Assembly: GCA_964057225.1 (NCBI GenBank)
Contig: CAXKVF010000082.1
Span: 248,001 to 312,000 of the forward strand
Reading direction: 5' to 3'
DNA: 64,000 nt
DNA from: Auanema rhodensis
Lineage: Eukaryota > Animalia > Nematoda
This document shows, piece after piece, positions 43,901 through 58,880 of the stretch (positions within the stretch are counted from its first letter, which is position 1; every line of letters begins with the position of its first letter). Below the pieces are notes generated by a model. It had not been told where the DNA came from. It searched no databases and saw nothing but the letters and a program-made list of their open reading frames with translations. Both the position numbers and the translations under genes were made by a program.

Positions 43901-46900
43901 AGTCATGGTTACCATGCACCAATATCAATAAAAATTTGTTTTTAGACTAATATGGACATGGGGAATCTAATTTTGAAAACCGCATCTCTTTATCTTTCAC
44001 GTGAAGCGAGTTACATACCAAGTGCACATCACGTGTACATTTAATTAGCATAAATTAAAGTTCACGTAAATTTCAAAGTCATGGTTACCATGCACCAATA
44101 TCAATAAAAATTTGTTTTTAGACTAATATGGACATGGGGAATCTAATTTTGAAAACCGCATCTCTTTATCTTTCACGTGAAGCGAGTTACATACCAAGTG
44201 CACATCACGTGTACATTTAATTAGCATAAATTAAAGTTCACGTAAATTTCAAAGTCATGGTTACCATGAACCAATATCAATAAAAATTTGTTTTTAGACT
44301 AATATGGACATGGGGAATCTAATTTTGAAAACCGCATCTCTTTATCTTTCACGTGAAGCGAGTTACATACCAAGTGCACATCACGTGTACATTTAATTAG
44401 CATAAATTAAAGTTCACGTAAATTTCAAAGTCATGGTTACCATGAACCAATATCACTAAAAATTTGTTTTTAGACTAATATGGACATGGGGAATCTAATT
44501 TTGAAAACCGCATCTCTTTATCTTTCACGTGAAGCGAGTTACATACCAAGTGCACATCACGTGTACATTTAATTAGCATAAATTAAAGTTCACGTGAATT
44601 TCAAAGTCATGGTTACCATGAAGCAATATCAATAAAAATTTGTTTTTAGACTAATATGGACATGGGGAATCTAATTTTGAAAACCGCATCTCTTTATCTT
44701 TCACGTGAAGCGAGTTACATACCAAGTGCACATCACGTGTACATTTAATTAGCATAAATTAAAGTTCACGTAAATTTCAAAGTCATGGTTACCATGAACC
44801 AATATCAATAAAAATTTGTTTTTAGACTAATATGGACATGGGGAATCTAATTTTGAAAACCGCATCTCTTTATCTTTCACGTGAAGCGAGTTACATACCA
44901 AGTGCACATCACGTGTACATTTAATTAGCATAAATTAAAGTTCACGTAAATTTCAAAGTCATGGTTACCATGCACCAATATCAATAAAAATTTGTTTTTA
45001 GACTAATATGGACATGGGGAATCTAATTTTGAAAACCGCATCTCTTTATCTTTCACGTGAAGCGAGTTACATACCAAGTGCACATCACGTGTACATTTAA
45101 TTAGCATAAATTAAAGTTCACGTAAATTTCAAAGTCATGGTTACCATGAACCAATATCAATAAAAATTTGTTTTTAGACTAATATGGACATGGGGAATCT
45201 GATTTTGAAAACCGCATCTCTTTATCTTTCACGTGAAGCGAGTTACATACCAAGTGCACATCACGTGTACATTTAATTAGCATAAATTAAAGTTCACGTA
45301 AATTTCAAAGTCATGGTTACCATGAACCAATATCACTAAAAATTTGTTTTTAGACTAATATGGACATGGGGAATCTAATTTTGAAAACCGCATCTCTTTA
45401 TCTTTCACGTGAAGCGAGTTACATACCAAGTGCACATCACGTGTACATTTAATTAGCATAAATTAAAGTTCACGTGAACTTCAAAGTCATGGTTACCATG
45501 AAGCAATATCAATAAAAATTTGTTTTTAGACTAATATGGACATGGGGAATCTAATTTTGAAAACCGCATCTCTTTATCTTTCACGTGAAGCGAGTTACAT
45601 ACCAAGTGCACATCACGTGTACATTTAATTAGCATAAATTAAAGTTCACGTAAATTTCAAAGTCATGGTTACCATGCACCAATATCAATAAAAATTTGTT
45701 TTTAGACTAATATGGACATGGGGAATCTAATTTTGAAAACCGCATCTCTTTATCTTTCACGTGAAGCGAGTTACATACCAAGTGCACATCACGTGTACAT
45801 TTAATTAGCATAAATTAAAGTTCACGTAAATTTCAAAGTCATGGTTACCATGAACCAATATCAATAAAAATTTGTTTTTAGACTAATATGGACATGGGGA
45901 ATCTAATTTTGAAAACCGCATCTCTTTATCTTTCACGTGAAGCGAGTTACATACCAAGTGCACATCACGTGTACATTTAATTAGCATAAATTAAAGTTCA
46001 CGTAAATTTCAAAGTCATGGTTACCATGCACCAATATCAATAAAAATTTGTTTTTAGACTAATATGGACATGGGGAATCTAATTTTGAAAACCGCATCTC
46101 TTTATCTTTCACGTGAAGCGAGTTACATACCAAGTGCACATCACGTGTACATTTAATTAGCATAAATTAAAGTTCACGTAAATTTCAAAGTCATGGTTAC
46201 CATGAACCAATATCAATAAAAATTTGTTTTTAGACTAATATGGACATGGGGAATCTAATTTTGAAAACCGCATCTCTTTATCTTTCACGTGAAGCGAGTT
46301 ACATACCAAGTGCACATCACGTGTACATTTAATTAGCATAAATTAAAGTTCACGTAAATTTCAAAGTCATGGTTACCATGAACCAATATCACTAAAAATT
46401 TGTTTTTAGACTAATATGGACATGGGGAATCTAATTTTGAAAACCGCATTTCTTTATTTTTCACGTGAAGCGAGTTACATACCAAGTGCACATCACGTGT
46501 ACATTTAATTAGCATAAATTAAAGTTCACGTAAATTTCAAAGTCATGGTTACCATGAACCAATATCACTAAAAATTTGTTTTTAGACTAATATGGACATG
46601 GGGAATCTAATTTTGAAAACCGCATCTCTTTATCTTTCACGTGAAGCGAGTTACATACCAAGTGCACATCACGTGTACATTTAATTAGCATAAATTAAAG
46701 TTCACGTGAACTTCAAAGTCATGGTTACCATGAAGCAATATCAATAAAAATTTGTTTTTAGACTAATATGGACATGGGGAATCTAATTTTGAAAACCGCA
46801 TCTCTTTATCTTTCACGTGAAGCGAGTTACATACCAAGTGCACATCACGTGTACATTTAATTAGCATAAATTAAAGTTCACGTAAATTTCAAAGTCATGG

Positions 46901-48875
46901 TTACCATGCACCAATATCAATAAAAATTTGTTTTTAGACTAATATGGACATGGGGAATCTAATTTTGAAAACCGCATCTCTTTATCTTTCACGTGAAGCG
47001 AGTTACATACCAAGTGCACATCACGTGTACATTTAATTAGCAAAAATTAAAGTTCACGTAAATTTCAAAGTCATGGTTACCATGAACCAATATCAATAAA
47101 AATTTGTTTTTAGACTAATATGGACATGGGGAATCTGATTTTGAAAACCGCATCTCTTTATCTTTCACGTGAAGCGAGTTACATACCAAGTGCACATCAC
47201 GTGTACATTTAATTAGCATAAATTAAAGTTCACGTAAATTTCAAAGTCATGGTTACCATGAACCAATATCACTAAAAATTTGTTTTTAGACTAATATGGA
47301 CATGGGGAATCTAATTTTGAAAACCGCATCTCTTTATCTTTCACGTGAAGCGAGTTACATACCAAGTGCACATCACGTGTACATTTAATTAGCATAAATT
47401 AAAGTTCACGTGAACTTCAAAGTCATGGTTACCATGAAGCAATATCAATAAAAATTTGTTTTTAGACTAATATGGACATGGGGAATCTAATTTTGAAAAC
47501 CGCATCTCTTTATCTTTCACGTGAAGCGAGTTACATACCAAGTGCACATCACGTGTACATTTAATTAGCATAAATTAAAGTTCACGTAAATTTCAAAGTC
47601 ATGGTTACCATGAACCAATATCAATAAAAATTTGTTTTTAGACTAATATGGACATGGGGAATCTAATTTTGAAAACCGCATTTCTTTATCTTTCACGTGA
47701 AGCGAGTTACATACCAAGTGCACATCACGTGTACATTTAATTAGCATAAATTAAAGTTCACGTAAATTTCAAAGTCATGGTTACCATGCACCAATATCAA
47801 TAAAAATTTGTTTTTAGACTAATATGGACATGGGGAATCTAATTTTGAAAACCACATCTCTTTATCTTTCACGTGAAGCGAGTTACATACCAAGTGCACA
47901 TCACGTGTACATTTAATTAGCATAAATTAAAGTTCACGTAAATTTCAAAGTCATGGTTACCATGAAGCAATATCAATAAAAATTTGTTTTTAGACTAATA
48001 TGGACATGGGGAATCTAATTTTGAAAACCGCATCTCTTTATCTTTCACGTGAAGCGAGTTACATACCAAGTGCACATCACGTGTACATTTAATTAGCATA
48101 AATTAAAGTTCACGTAAATTTCAAAGTCATGGTTACCATGAACCAATATCAATAAAAATTTGTTTTTAGACTAATATGGACATGGGGAATCTAATTTTGA
48201 AAACCGCATCTCTTTATCTTTCACGTGAAGCGAGTTACATACCAAGTGCACATCACGTGTACATTTAATTAGCATAAATTAGTGTTCACGTAAATTTCAA
48301 AGTCATGGTTACCATGAACCAATATCAATAAAAATTTGTTGTTAGACTAATATGGACATGGGGAATCTAATTTTGAAAACCGCATCTCTTTATCTTTCAC
48401 GTGAAGCGAGTTACATACCAAGTGCACATCACGTGTACATTTAATTAGCATAAATTAAAGTTCACGTAAATTTCAAAGTCATGGTTACCATGAAGCAATA
48501 TCAATAAAAATTTGTTTTTAGACTAATATGGACATGGGGAATCTAATTTTGAAAACCGCATTTCTTTATTTTTCACGTGAAGCGAGTTACATACCAAGTG
48601 CACATCACGTGTACATTTAATTAGCATAAATTAAAGTTCACGTAAATTTCAAAGTCATGGTTACCATGAACCAATATCACTAAAAATTTGTTTTTAGACT
48701 AATATGGACATGGGGAATCTAATTTTGAAAACCGCATCTCTTTATCTTTCACGTGAAGCGAGTTACATACCAAGTGCACATCACGTGTACATTTAATTAG
48801 CATAAATTAAAGTTCACGTGAACTTCAAAGTCATGGTTACCATGAAGCAATATCAATAAAAATTTGTTTTTAGAC

Positions 48876-49200
48876 TAATATGGACATGGGGAATCTAATT
48901 TTGAAAACCGCATCTCTTTATCTTTCACGTGAAGCGAGTTACATACCAAGTGCACATCACGTGTACATTTAATTAGCATAAATTAAAGTTCACGTAAATT
49001 TCAAAGTCATGGTTACCATGAACCATGACTTTGAAATTTACGTGAACTTTAATTTATGCTTTGAAAACCGCATTTCTTTATCTTTCACGTGAAGCGTTTA
49101 TCTTTCACGTGAAGCATTTAATTAGCATAAATTAAAGTTCACGTGAACTTCAAAGTCATGGTTACCATGAAGCAATATCAATAAAAATTTGTTTTTAGAC
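48876..49200. repeat. Rearranged 325-bp two-monomer unit (inversion + 19-bp duplication + deletions)
   Basis: Structure: cons 1-150, then 35 nt inverted (49026-49060), cons 26-61 (49061-49096), cons 42-60 (49097-49115), cons 92-176 (49116-49200). The net change of -27 bp matches the phase shift. Confidence 0.93.
48975..49060. repeat. Perfect 40-bp inverted repeat with 6-nt spacer (fold-back)
   Basis: 48975-49014 (AGCATAAATTAAAGTTCACGTAAATTTCAAAGTCATGGTT) is the exact reverse complement of 49021-49060. The spacer is ACCATG. Confidence 0.97.
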
Positions 49201-52200
49201 TAATATGGACATGGGGAATCTAATTTTGAAAACCGCATCTCTTTATCTTTCACGTGAAGCGAGTTACATACCAAGTGCACATCACGTGTACATTTAATTA
49301 GCATAAATTAAAGTTCACGTAAATTTCAAAGTCATGGTTACCATGAACCAATATCAATAAAAATTTGTTTTTAGACTAATATGGACATGGGGAATCTAAT
49401 TTTGAAAACCGCATTTCTTTATCTTTCACGTGAAGCGAGTTACATACCAAGTGCACATCACGTGTACATTTAATTAGCATAAATTAAAGTTCACGTAAAT
49501 TTCAAAGTCATGGTTACCATGCACCAATATCAATAAAAATTTGTTTTTAGACTAATATGGACATGGGGAATCTAATTTTGAAAACCGCATCTCTTTATCT
49601 TTCACGTGAAGCGAGTTACATACCAAGTGCACATCACGTGTACATTTAATTAGCATAAATTAAAGTTCACGTAAATTTCAAAGTCATGGTTACCATGAAG
49701 CAATATCAATAAAAATTTGTTTTTAGACTAATATGGACATGGGGAATCTAATTTTGAAAACCGCATCTCTTTATCTTTTACGTGAAGCGAGTTACATACC
49801 AAGTGCACATCACGTGTACATTTAATTAGCATAAATTAAAGTTCACGTAAATTTCAAAGTCATGGTTACCATGAACCAATATCAATAAAAATTTGTTTTT
49901 AGACTAATATGGACATGGGGAATCTAATTTTGAAAACCGCATCTCTTTATCTTTCACGTGAAGCGAGTTACATACCAAGTGCACATCACGTGTACATTTA
50001 ATTAGCATAAATTAGTGTTCACGTAAATTTCAAAGTCATGGTTACCATGAACCAATATCAATAAAAATTTGTTGTTAGACTAATATGGACATGGGGAATC
50101 TAATTTTGAAAACCGCATCTCTTTATCTTTCACGTGAAGCGAGTTACATACCAAGTGCACATCACGTGTACATTTAATTAGCATAAATTAAAGTTCACGT
50201 AAATTTCAAAGTCATGGTTACCATGCACCAATATCAATAAAAATTTGTTTTTAGACTAATATGGACATGGGGAATCTAATTTTGAAAACCGCATCTCTTT
50301 ATCTTTCACGTGAAGCGAGTTACATACCAAGTGCACATCACGTGTACATTTAATTAGCATAAATTAAAGTTCACGTAAATTTCAAAGTCATGGTTACCAT
50401 GCACCAATATCAATAAAAATTTGTTTTTAGACTAATATGGACATGGGGAATCTAATTTTGAAAACCGCATCTCTTTATCTTTCACGTGAAGCGAGTTACA
50501 TACCAAGTGCACATCACGTGTACATTTAATTAGCATAAATTAAAGTTCACGTAAATTTCAAAGTCATGGTTACCATGCACCAATATCAATAAAAATTTGT
50601 TTTTAGACTAATATGGACATGGGGAATCTAATTTTGAAAACCGCATCTCTTTATCTTTCACGTGAAGCGAGTTACATACCAAGTGCACATCACGTGTACA
50701 TTTAATTAGCATAAATTAAAGTTCACGTAAATTTCAAATTCATGGTTACCATGCACCAATATCATTAAAAATTTGTTTTTTGACTAATATGGACATGGGG
50801 AATCTAATTTTGAAAACCGCATCTCTTTATCTTTCACGTGAAGCGAGTTACATACCAAGTGCACATCACGTGTACATTTAATTAGCATAAATTAAAGTTC
50901 ACGTAAATTTCAAATTCATGGTTACCATGCACCAATATCATTAAAAATTTGTTTTTTGACTAATATGGACATGGGGAATCTAATTTTGAAAACCGCATCT
51001 CTTTATCTTTCACGTGAAGCGAGTTACATACCAAGTGCACATCACGTGTACATTTAATTAGCATAAATTAAAGTTCACGTAAATTTCAAAGTCATGGTTA
51101 CCATGAACCAATATCAATAAAAATTTGTTTTTAGACTAATATGGACATGGGGAATCTAATTTTGAAAACCGCATTTCTTTATCTTCCACGTGAAGCGAGT
51201 TACATACCAAGTGCCCATCACGTGTACATTTAATTAGCATAAATTAAAGTTCACGTAAATTTCAAAGTCATGGTTACCATGAACCAATATCAATAAAAAT
51301 TTGTTTTTAGACTAATATGGACATGGGGAATCTAATTTTGAAAACCGCATCTCTTTATCTTTCACGTGAAGCGAGTTACATACCAAGTGCACATCACGTG
51401 TACATTTAATTAGCATAAATTAAAGTTCACGTAAATTTCAAAGTCATGGTTACCATGAACCAATATCAATAAAAATTTGTTTTTAGACTAATATGGACAT
51501 GGGGAATCTAATTTTGAAAACCGCATCTCTTTATCTTTCACGTGAAGCGAGTTACATACCAAGTGCACATCACGTGTACATTTAATTAGCATAAATTAGT
51601 GTTCACGTGAACTTCAAAGTCATGGTTACCATGAAGCAATATCAATAAAAATTTGTTTTTAGACTAATATGGACATGGGGAATCTAATTTTGAAAACCGC
51701 ATCTCTTTATCTTTCACGTGAAGCGAGTTACATACCAAGTGCACATCACGTGTACATTTAATTAGCATAAATTAAAGTTCACGTAAATTTCAAAGTCATG
51801 GTTACCATGAACCAATATCAATAAAAATTTGTTTTTAGACTAATATGGACATGGGGAATCTAATTTTGAAAACCGCATTTCTTTATCTTTCACGTGAAGC
51901 GAGTTACATACCAAGTGCACATCACGTGTACATTTAATTAGCATAAATTAAAGTTCACGTAAATTTCAAAGTCATGGTTACCATGCACCAATATCAATAA
52001 AAATTTGTTTTTAGACTAATATGGACATGGGGAATCTAATTTTGAAAACCGCATCTCTTTATCTTTCACGTGAAGCGAGTTACATACCAAGTGCACATCA
52101 CGTGTACATTTAATTAGCATAAATTAAAGTTCACGTAAATTTCAAAGTCATGGTTACCATGAAGCAATATCAATAAAAATTTGTTTTTAGACTAATATGG

Positions 52201-55008
52201 ACATGGGGAATCTAATTTTGAAAACCGCATCTCTTTATCTTTTACGTGAAGCGAGTTACATACCAAGTGCACATCACGTGTACATTTAATTAGCATAAAT
52301 TAAAGTTCACGTAAATTTCAAAGTCATGGTTACCATGAACCAATATCAATAAAAATTTGTTTTTAGACTAATATGGACATGGGGAATCTAATTTTGGAAA
52401 CCGCATCTCTTTATCTTTCACGTGAAGCGAGTTACATACCAAGTGCACATCACGTGTACATTTAATTAGCATAAATTAAAGTTCACGTAAATTTCAAAGT
52501 CATGGTTACCATGAACCAATATCAATAAAAATTTGTTTTTAGACTAATATGGACATGGGGAATCTAATTTTGAAAACCGCATCTCTTTATCTTTCACGTG
52601 AAGCGAGTTACATACCAAGTGCACATCACGTGTACATTTAATTAGCATAAATTAAAGTTCACGTAAATTTCAAAGTCATGGTTACCATGAACCAATATCA
52701 ATAAAAATTTGTTTTTAGACTAATATGGACATGGGGAATCTAATTTTGAAAACCGCATCTCTTTATCTTTCACGTGAAGCGAGTTACATACCAAGTGCAC
52801 ATCACGTGTACATTTAATTAGCATAAATTAAAGTTCACGTAAATTTCAAAGTCATGGTTACCATGAACCTATATCAATAAAAATTTGTTTTTAGACTAAT
52901 ATGGACATGGGGAATCTAATTTTGAAAACCGCATCTCTTTATCTTTCACGTGAAGCGAGTTACATACCAAGTGCACATCACGTGTACATTTAATTAGCAT
53001 AAATTAAAGTTCACGTAAATTTCAAAGTCATGGTTACCATGAAGCAATATCAATACAAATTTGTTTTTAGACTAATATGGACATGGGGAATCTAATTTTG
53101 AAAACCGCATCTCTTTATCTTTCACGTGAAGCGAGTTACATACCAAGTGCACATCACGTGTACATTTAATTAGCATAAATTAAAGTTCACGTAAATTTCA
53201 AAGTCATGGTTACCATGAACCAATATCAATAAAAATTTGTTTTTAGACTAATATGGACATGGGGAATCTAATTTTGAAAACCGCATCTCTTTATCTTTCA
53301 CGTGAAGCGAGTTACATACCAAGTGCACATCACGTGTACATTTAATTAGCATAAATTAAAGTTCACGTAAATTTCAAAGTCATGGTTACCATGAAGCAAT
53401 ATCAATAAAAATTTGTTTTTAGACTAATATGGACATGTGGAATCTAATTTTGAAAACCGCATCTCTTTATCTTTCACGTGAAGCGAGTTACATACCAAGA
53501 GCACATCACGTGTACATTTAATTAGCATAAATTAAAGTTCACGTAAATTTCAAAGTCATGGTTACCATGAACCAATATCAATAAAAATTTGTTTTTAGAC
53601 TAATATGGACATGGGGAATCTAATTTTGAAAACCGCATCTCTTTATCTTTGACGTGAAGCGAGTTACATACCAAGTGCACATCACGTGTACATTTAATTA
53701 GCATAAATTAAAGTTCACGTAAATTTCAAAGTCATGGTTACCATGAAGCAATATCAATAAAAATTTGTTTTTAGACTAATATGGACATGGGGAATCTAAT
53801 TTTGAAAACCGCATCTCTTTATCTTTCACGTGAAGCGAGTTACATACCAAGTGCACATCACGTGTACATTTAATTAGCATAAATTAAAGTTCACGTAAAT
53901 TTCAAAGTCATGGTTACCATGAACCAATATCAATAAAAATTTGTTTTTAGACTAATATGGACATGGGGAATCTAATTTTGAAAACCGCATCTCTTTATCT
54001 TTCACGTGAAGCGAGTTACATACCAAGTGCACATCACGTGTACATTTAATTAGCATAAATTAAAGTTCACGTAAATTTCAAAGTCATGGTTACCATGAAC
54101 CAATATCAATAAAAATTTGTTTTTAGACTAATATGGACATGGGGAATCTAATTTTAAAAACCGCATCTCTTTATCTTTCACGTGAAGCGAGTTACATACC
54201 AAGTGCACATCACGTGTACATTTAATTAGCATAAATTAAAGTTCACGTAAATTTCAAAGTCATGGTTACCATGCACCAATATCAATAAAAATTTGTTTTT
54301 AGACTAATATGGACATGGGGAATCTAATTTTGAAAACCGCATCTCTTTATCTTTCACGTGAAGCGAGTTACATACCGAGTGCACATCACGTGTACATTTA
54401 ATTAGCATAAATTAAAGTTCACGTAAATTTCAAAGTCATGGTTACCATGAACCAATATCAATAAAAATTTGTTTTTAGACTAATATGGACATGGGGAATC
54501 TAATTTTGAAAACCGCATTTCTTTATCTTTCACGTGAAGCGAGTTACATACCAAGTGCACATCACGTGTACATTTAATTAGCATAAATTAAAGTTCACGT
54601 AAATTTCAAAGTCATGGTTACCATGCACCAATATCAATAAAAATTTGTTTTTAGACTAATATGGACATGGGGAATCTAATTTTGAAAACCGCATCTCTTT
54701 ATCTTTCACGTGAAGCGAGTTACATACCAAGTGCACATCACGTGTACATTTAATTAGCATAAATTAAAGTTCACGTAAATTTCAAAGTCATGGTTACCAT
54801 GAACCAATATCAATAAAAATTTGTTTTTAGACTAATATGGACATGGGGAATCTAATTTTGAAAACCGCATTTCTTTATCTTTCACGTGAAGCGAGTTACA
54901 TACCAAGTGCACATCACGTGTACATTTAATTAGCATAAATTAAAGTTCACGTAAATTTCAAAGTCATGGTTACCATGCACCAATATCAATAAAAATTTGT
55001 TTTTAGAC

Positions 55009-58000
55009 TAATATGGACATGGGGAATCTAATTTTGAAAACCGCATCTCTTTATCTTTCACGTGAAGCGAGTTACATACCAAGTGCACATCACGTGTACA
55101 TTTAATTAGCATAAATTAAAGTTCACGTAAATTTCAAAGTCATGGTTACCATGAACCAATATCAATAAAAATTTGTTTTTAGACTAATATGGACATGGGG
55201 AATCTAATTTTGAAAACCGCATCTCTTTATCTTTCACGTGAAGCGAGTTACATACCAGGTGCACATCACGTGTACATTTAATTAGCATAAATTAAAGTTC
55301 ACGTAAATTTCAAAGTCATGGTTACCATGAACCAATATCAATAAAAATTTGTTTTTAGACTAATATGGACATGGGGAATCTAATTTTGAAAACCGCATCT
55401 CTTTATCTTTCACGTGAAGCGAGTTACATACCAAGTGCACATCACGTGTACATTTAATTAGCATAAATTAAAGTTCACGTAAACTTCAAAGTCATGGTTA
55501 CCATGCACCAATATCAATAAAAATTTGTTTTTAGACTAATATGGACATGGGGAATCTAATTTTGAAAACCGCATCACTTTATCTTTCACGTGAAGCGAGT
55601 TACATACCAAGTGCACATCACGTGTACATTTAATTAGCATAAATTAAAGTTCACGTAAATTTCAAAGTCATGGTTACCATGAACCAATATCAATAAAAAT
55701 TTGTTTTTAGACTAATATGGACATGGGGAATCTAATTTTGAAAACCGCATCTCTTTATCTTTCACGTGAAGCGAGTTACATACCAAGTGCACATCACGTG
55801 TACATTTAATTAGCATAAATTAAAGTTCACGTAAATTTTAAAGTCATGGTTACCATGCACCAATATCAATAAAAATTTGTTTTTAGACTAATATGGACAT
55901 GGGGAATCTAATTTTGAAAACCGCATCTCTTTATCTTTCACGTGAAGCGAGTTACATACCAAGTGCACATCACGTGTACATTTAATTAGCATAAATTAAA
56001 GTTCACGTAAATTTCAAAGTCATGGTTACCATGAACCAATATCAATAAAAATTTGTTTTTAGACTAATATGGACATGGGGAATCTAATTTTGAAAACCGC
56101 ATCTCTTTATCTTTCACGTGAAGCGAGTTACATACCAAGTGCACATCACGTGTACATTTAATTAGCATAAATTAAAGTTCACGTAAATTTCAAAGTCATG
56201 GTTACCATGAAGCAATATCAATAAAAATTTGTTTTTAGACTAATATGGACATGGGGAATCTAATTTTGAAAACCGCATTTCTTTATTTTTCACGTGAAGC
56301 GAGTTACATACCAAGTGCACATCACGTGTACATTTAATTAGCATAAATTAAAGTTCACGTAAATTTCAAAGTCATGGTTACCATGCACCAATATCAATAA
56401 AAATTTGTTTTTAGACTAATATGGACATGGGGAATCTAATTTTGAAAACCGCATCTCTTTATCTTTCACGTGAAGCGAGTTACATACCAAGTGCACATCA
56501 CGTGTACATTTAATTAGCATAAATTAAAGTTCACGTAAATTTCAAAGTCATGGTTACCATGAACCAATATCAATAAAAATTTGTTTTTAGACTAATATGG
56601 ACATGGGGAATCTAATTTTGAAAACCGCATCTCTTTATCTTTCACGTGAAGCGAGTTACATACCAAGTGCACATCACGTGTACATTTAATTAGCATAAAT
56701 TAAAGTTCACGTAAATTTCAAAGTCATGGTTACCATGAACCAATATCACTAAAAATTTGTTTTTAGACTAATATGGACATGGGGAATCTAATTTTGAAAA
56801 CCGCATCTCTTTATCTTTCACGTGAAGCGAGTTACATACCAAGTGCACATCACGTGTACATTTAATTAGCATAAATTAAAGTTCACGTAAACTTCAAAGT
56901 CATGGTTACCATGAAGCAATATCAATAAAAATTTGTTTTTAGACTAATATGGACATGGGGAATCTAATTTTGAAAACCGCATCTCTTTATCTTTCACGTG
57001 AAGCGAGTTACATACCAAGTGCACATCACGTGTACATTTAATTAGCATAAATTAAAGTTCACGTAAATTTCAAAGTCATGGTTACCATGAACCAATATCA
57101 ATAAAAATTTGTTTTTAGACTAATATGGACATGGGGAATCTAATTTTGAAAACCGCATCTCTTTATCTTTCACGTGAAGCGAGTTACATACCAGGTGCAC
57201 ATCACGTGTACATTTAATTAGCATAAATTAAAGTTCACGTAAATTTCAAAGTCATGGTTACCATGAACCAATATCAATAAAAATTTGTTTTTAGACTAAT
57301 ATGGACATGGGGAATCTAATTTTGAAAACCGCATCTCTTTATCTTTCACGTGAAGCGAGTTACATACCAAGTGCACATCACGTGTACATTTAATTAGCAT
57401 AAATTAAAGTTCACGTAAACTTCAAAGTCATGGTTACCATGCACCAATATCAATAAAAATTTGTTTTTAGACTAATATGGACATGGGGAATCTAATTTTG
57501 AAAACCGCATCACTTTATCTTTCACGTGAAGCGAGTTACATACCAAGTGCACATCACGTGTACATTTAATTAGCATAAATTAAAGTTCACGTAAATTTCA
57601 AAGTCATGGTTACCATGAACCAATATCAATAAAAATTTGTTTTTAGACTAATATGGACATGGGGAATCTAATTTTGAAAACCGCATCTCTTTATCTTTCA
57701 CGTGAAGCGAGTTACATACCAAGTGCACATCACGTGTACATTTAATTAGCATAAATTAAAGTTCACGTAAATTTTAAAGTCATGGTTACCATGCACCAAT
57801 ATCAATAAAAATTTGTTTTTAGACTAATATGGACATGGGGAATCTAATTTTGAAAACCGCATCTCTTTATCTTTCACGTGAAGCGAGTTACATACCAAGT
57901 GCACATCACGTGTACATTTAATTAGCATAAATTAAAGTTCACGTAAATTTCAAAGTCATGGTTACCATGAACCAATATCAATAAAAATTTGTTTTTAGAC

Positions 58001-58880
58001 TAATATGGACATGGGGAATCTAATTTTGAAAACCGCATCTCTTTATCTTTCACGTGAAGCGAGTTACATACCAAGTGCACATCACGTGTACATTTAATTA
58101 GCATAAATTAAAGTTCACGTAAATTTCAAAGTCATGGTTACCATGAAGCAATATCAATAAAAATTTGTTTTTAGACTAATATGGACATGGGGAATCTAAT
58201 TTTGAAAACCGCATTTCTTTATTTTTCACGTGAAGCGAGTTACATACCAAGTGCACATCACGTGTACATTTAATTAGCATAAATTAAAGTTCACGTAAAT
58301 TTCAAAGTCATGGTTACCATGCACGAATATCAATAAAAATTTGTTTTTAGACTAATATGGACATGGGGAATCTAATTTTGAAAACCGCATCTCTTTATCT
58401 TTCACGTGAAGCGAGTTACATACCAAGTGCACATCACGTGTACATTTAATTAGCATAAATTAAAGTTCACGTAAATTTCAAAGTCATGGTTACCATGAAC
58501 CAATATCAATAAAAATTTGTTTTTAGACTAATATGGACATGGGGAATCTAATTTTGAAAACCGCATCTCTTTATCTTTCACGTGAAGCGAGTTACATACC
58601 AAGTGCACATCACGTGTACATTTAATTAGCATAAATTAAAGTTCACGTAAATTTCAAAGTCATGGTTACCATGAACCAATATCACTAAAAATTTGTTTTT
58701 AGACTAATATGGACATGGGGAATCTAATTTTGAAAACCGCATCTCTTTATCTTTCACGTGAAGCGAGTTACATACCAAGTGCACATCACGTGTACATTTA
58801 ATTAGCATAAATTAAAGTTCACGTAAACTTCAAAGTCATGGTTACCATGAAGCAAAATCAATAAAAATTTGTTTTTAGAC
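55009..58880. repeat. Higher-order repeat, 11 monomers (1936 bp) x2 in tandem
   Basis: CCAGG is in monomers 55185/57121, the private CATCAC variant in 55537/57473, AATTTTAAAG in 55713/57649, CATTTCTTTATTTT in 56241/58177 and ATCACT in 56593/58529. Confidence 0.9.

Noticed and set aside
48975-49060. MITE/transposon TIRs, miRNA precursor or terminator hairpin
   Set aside because: Both arms are satellite-derived, with no target-site duplication or foreign sequence. Fold-back synthesis explains it fully.
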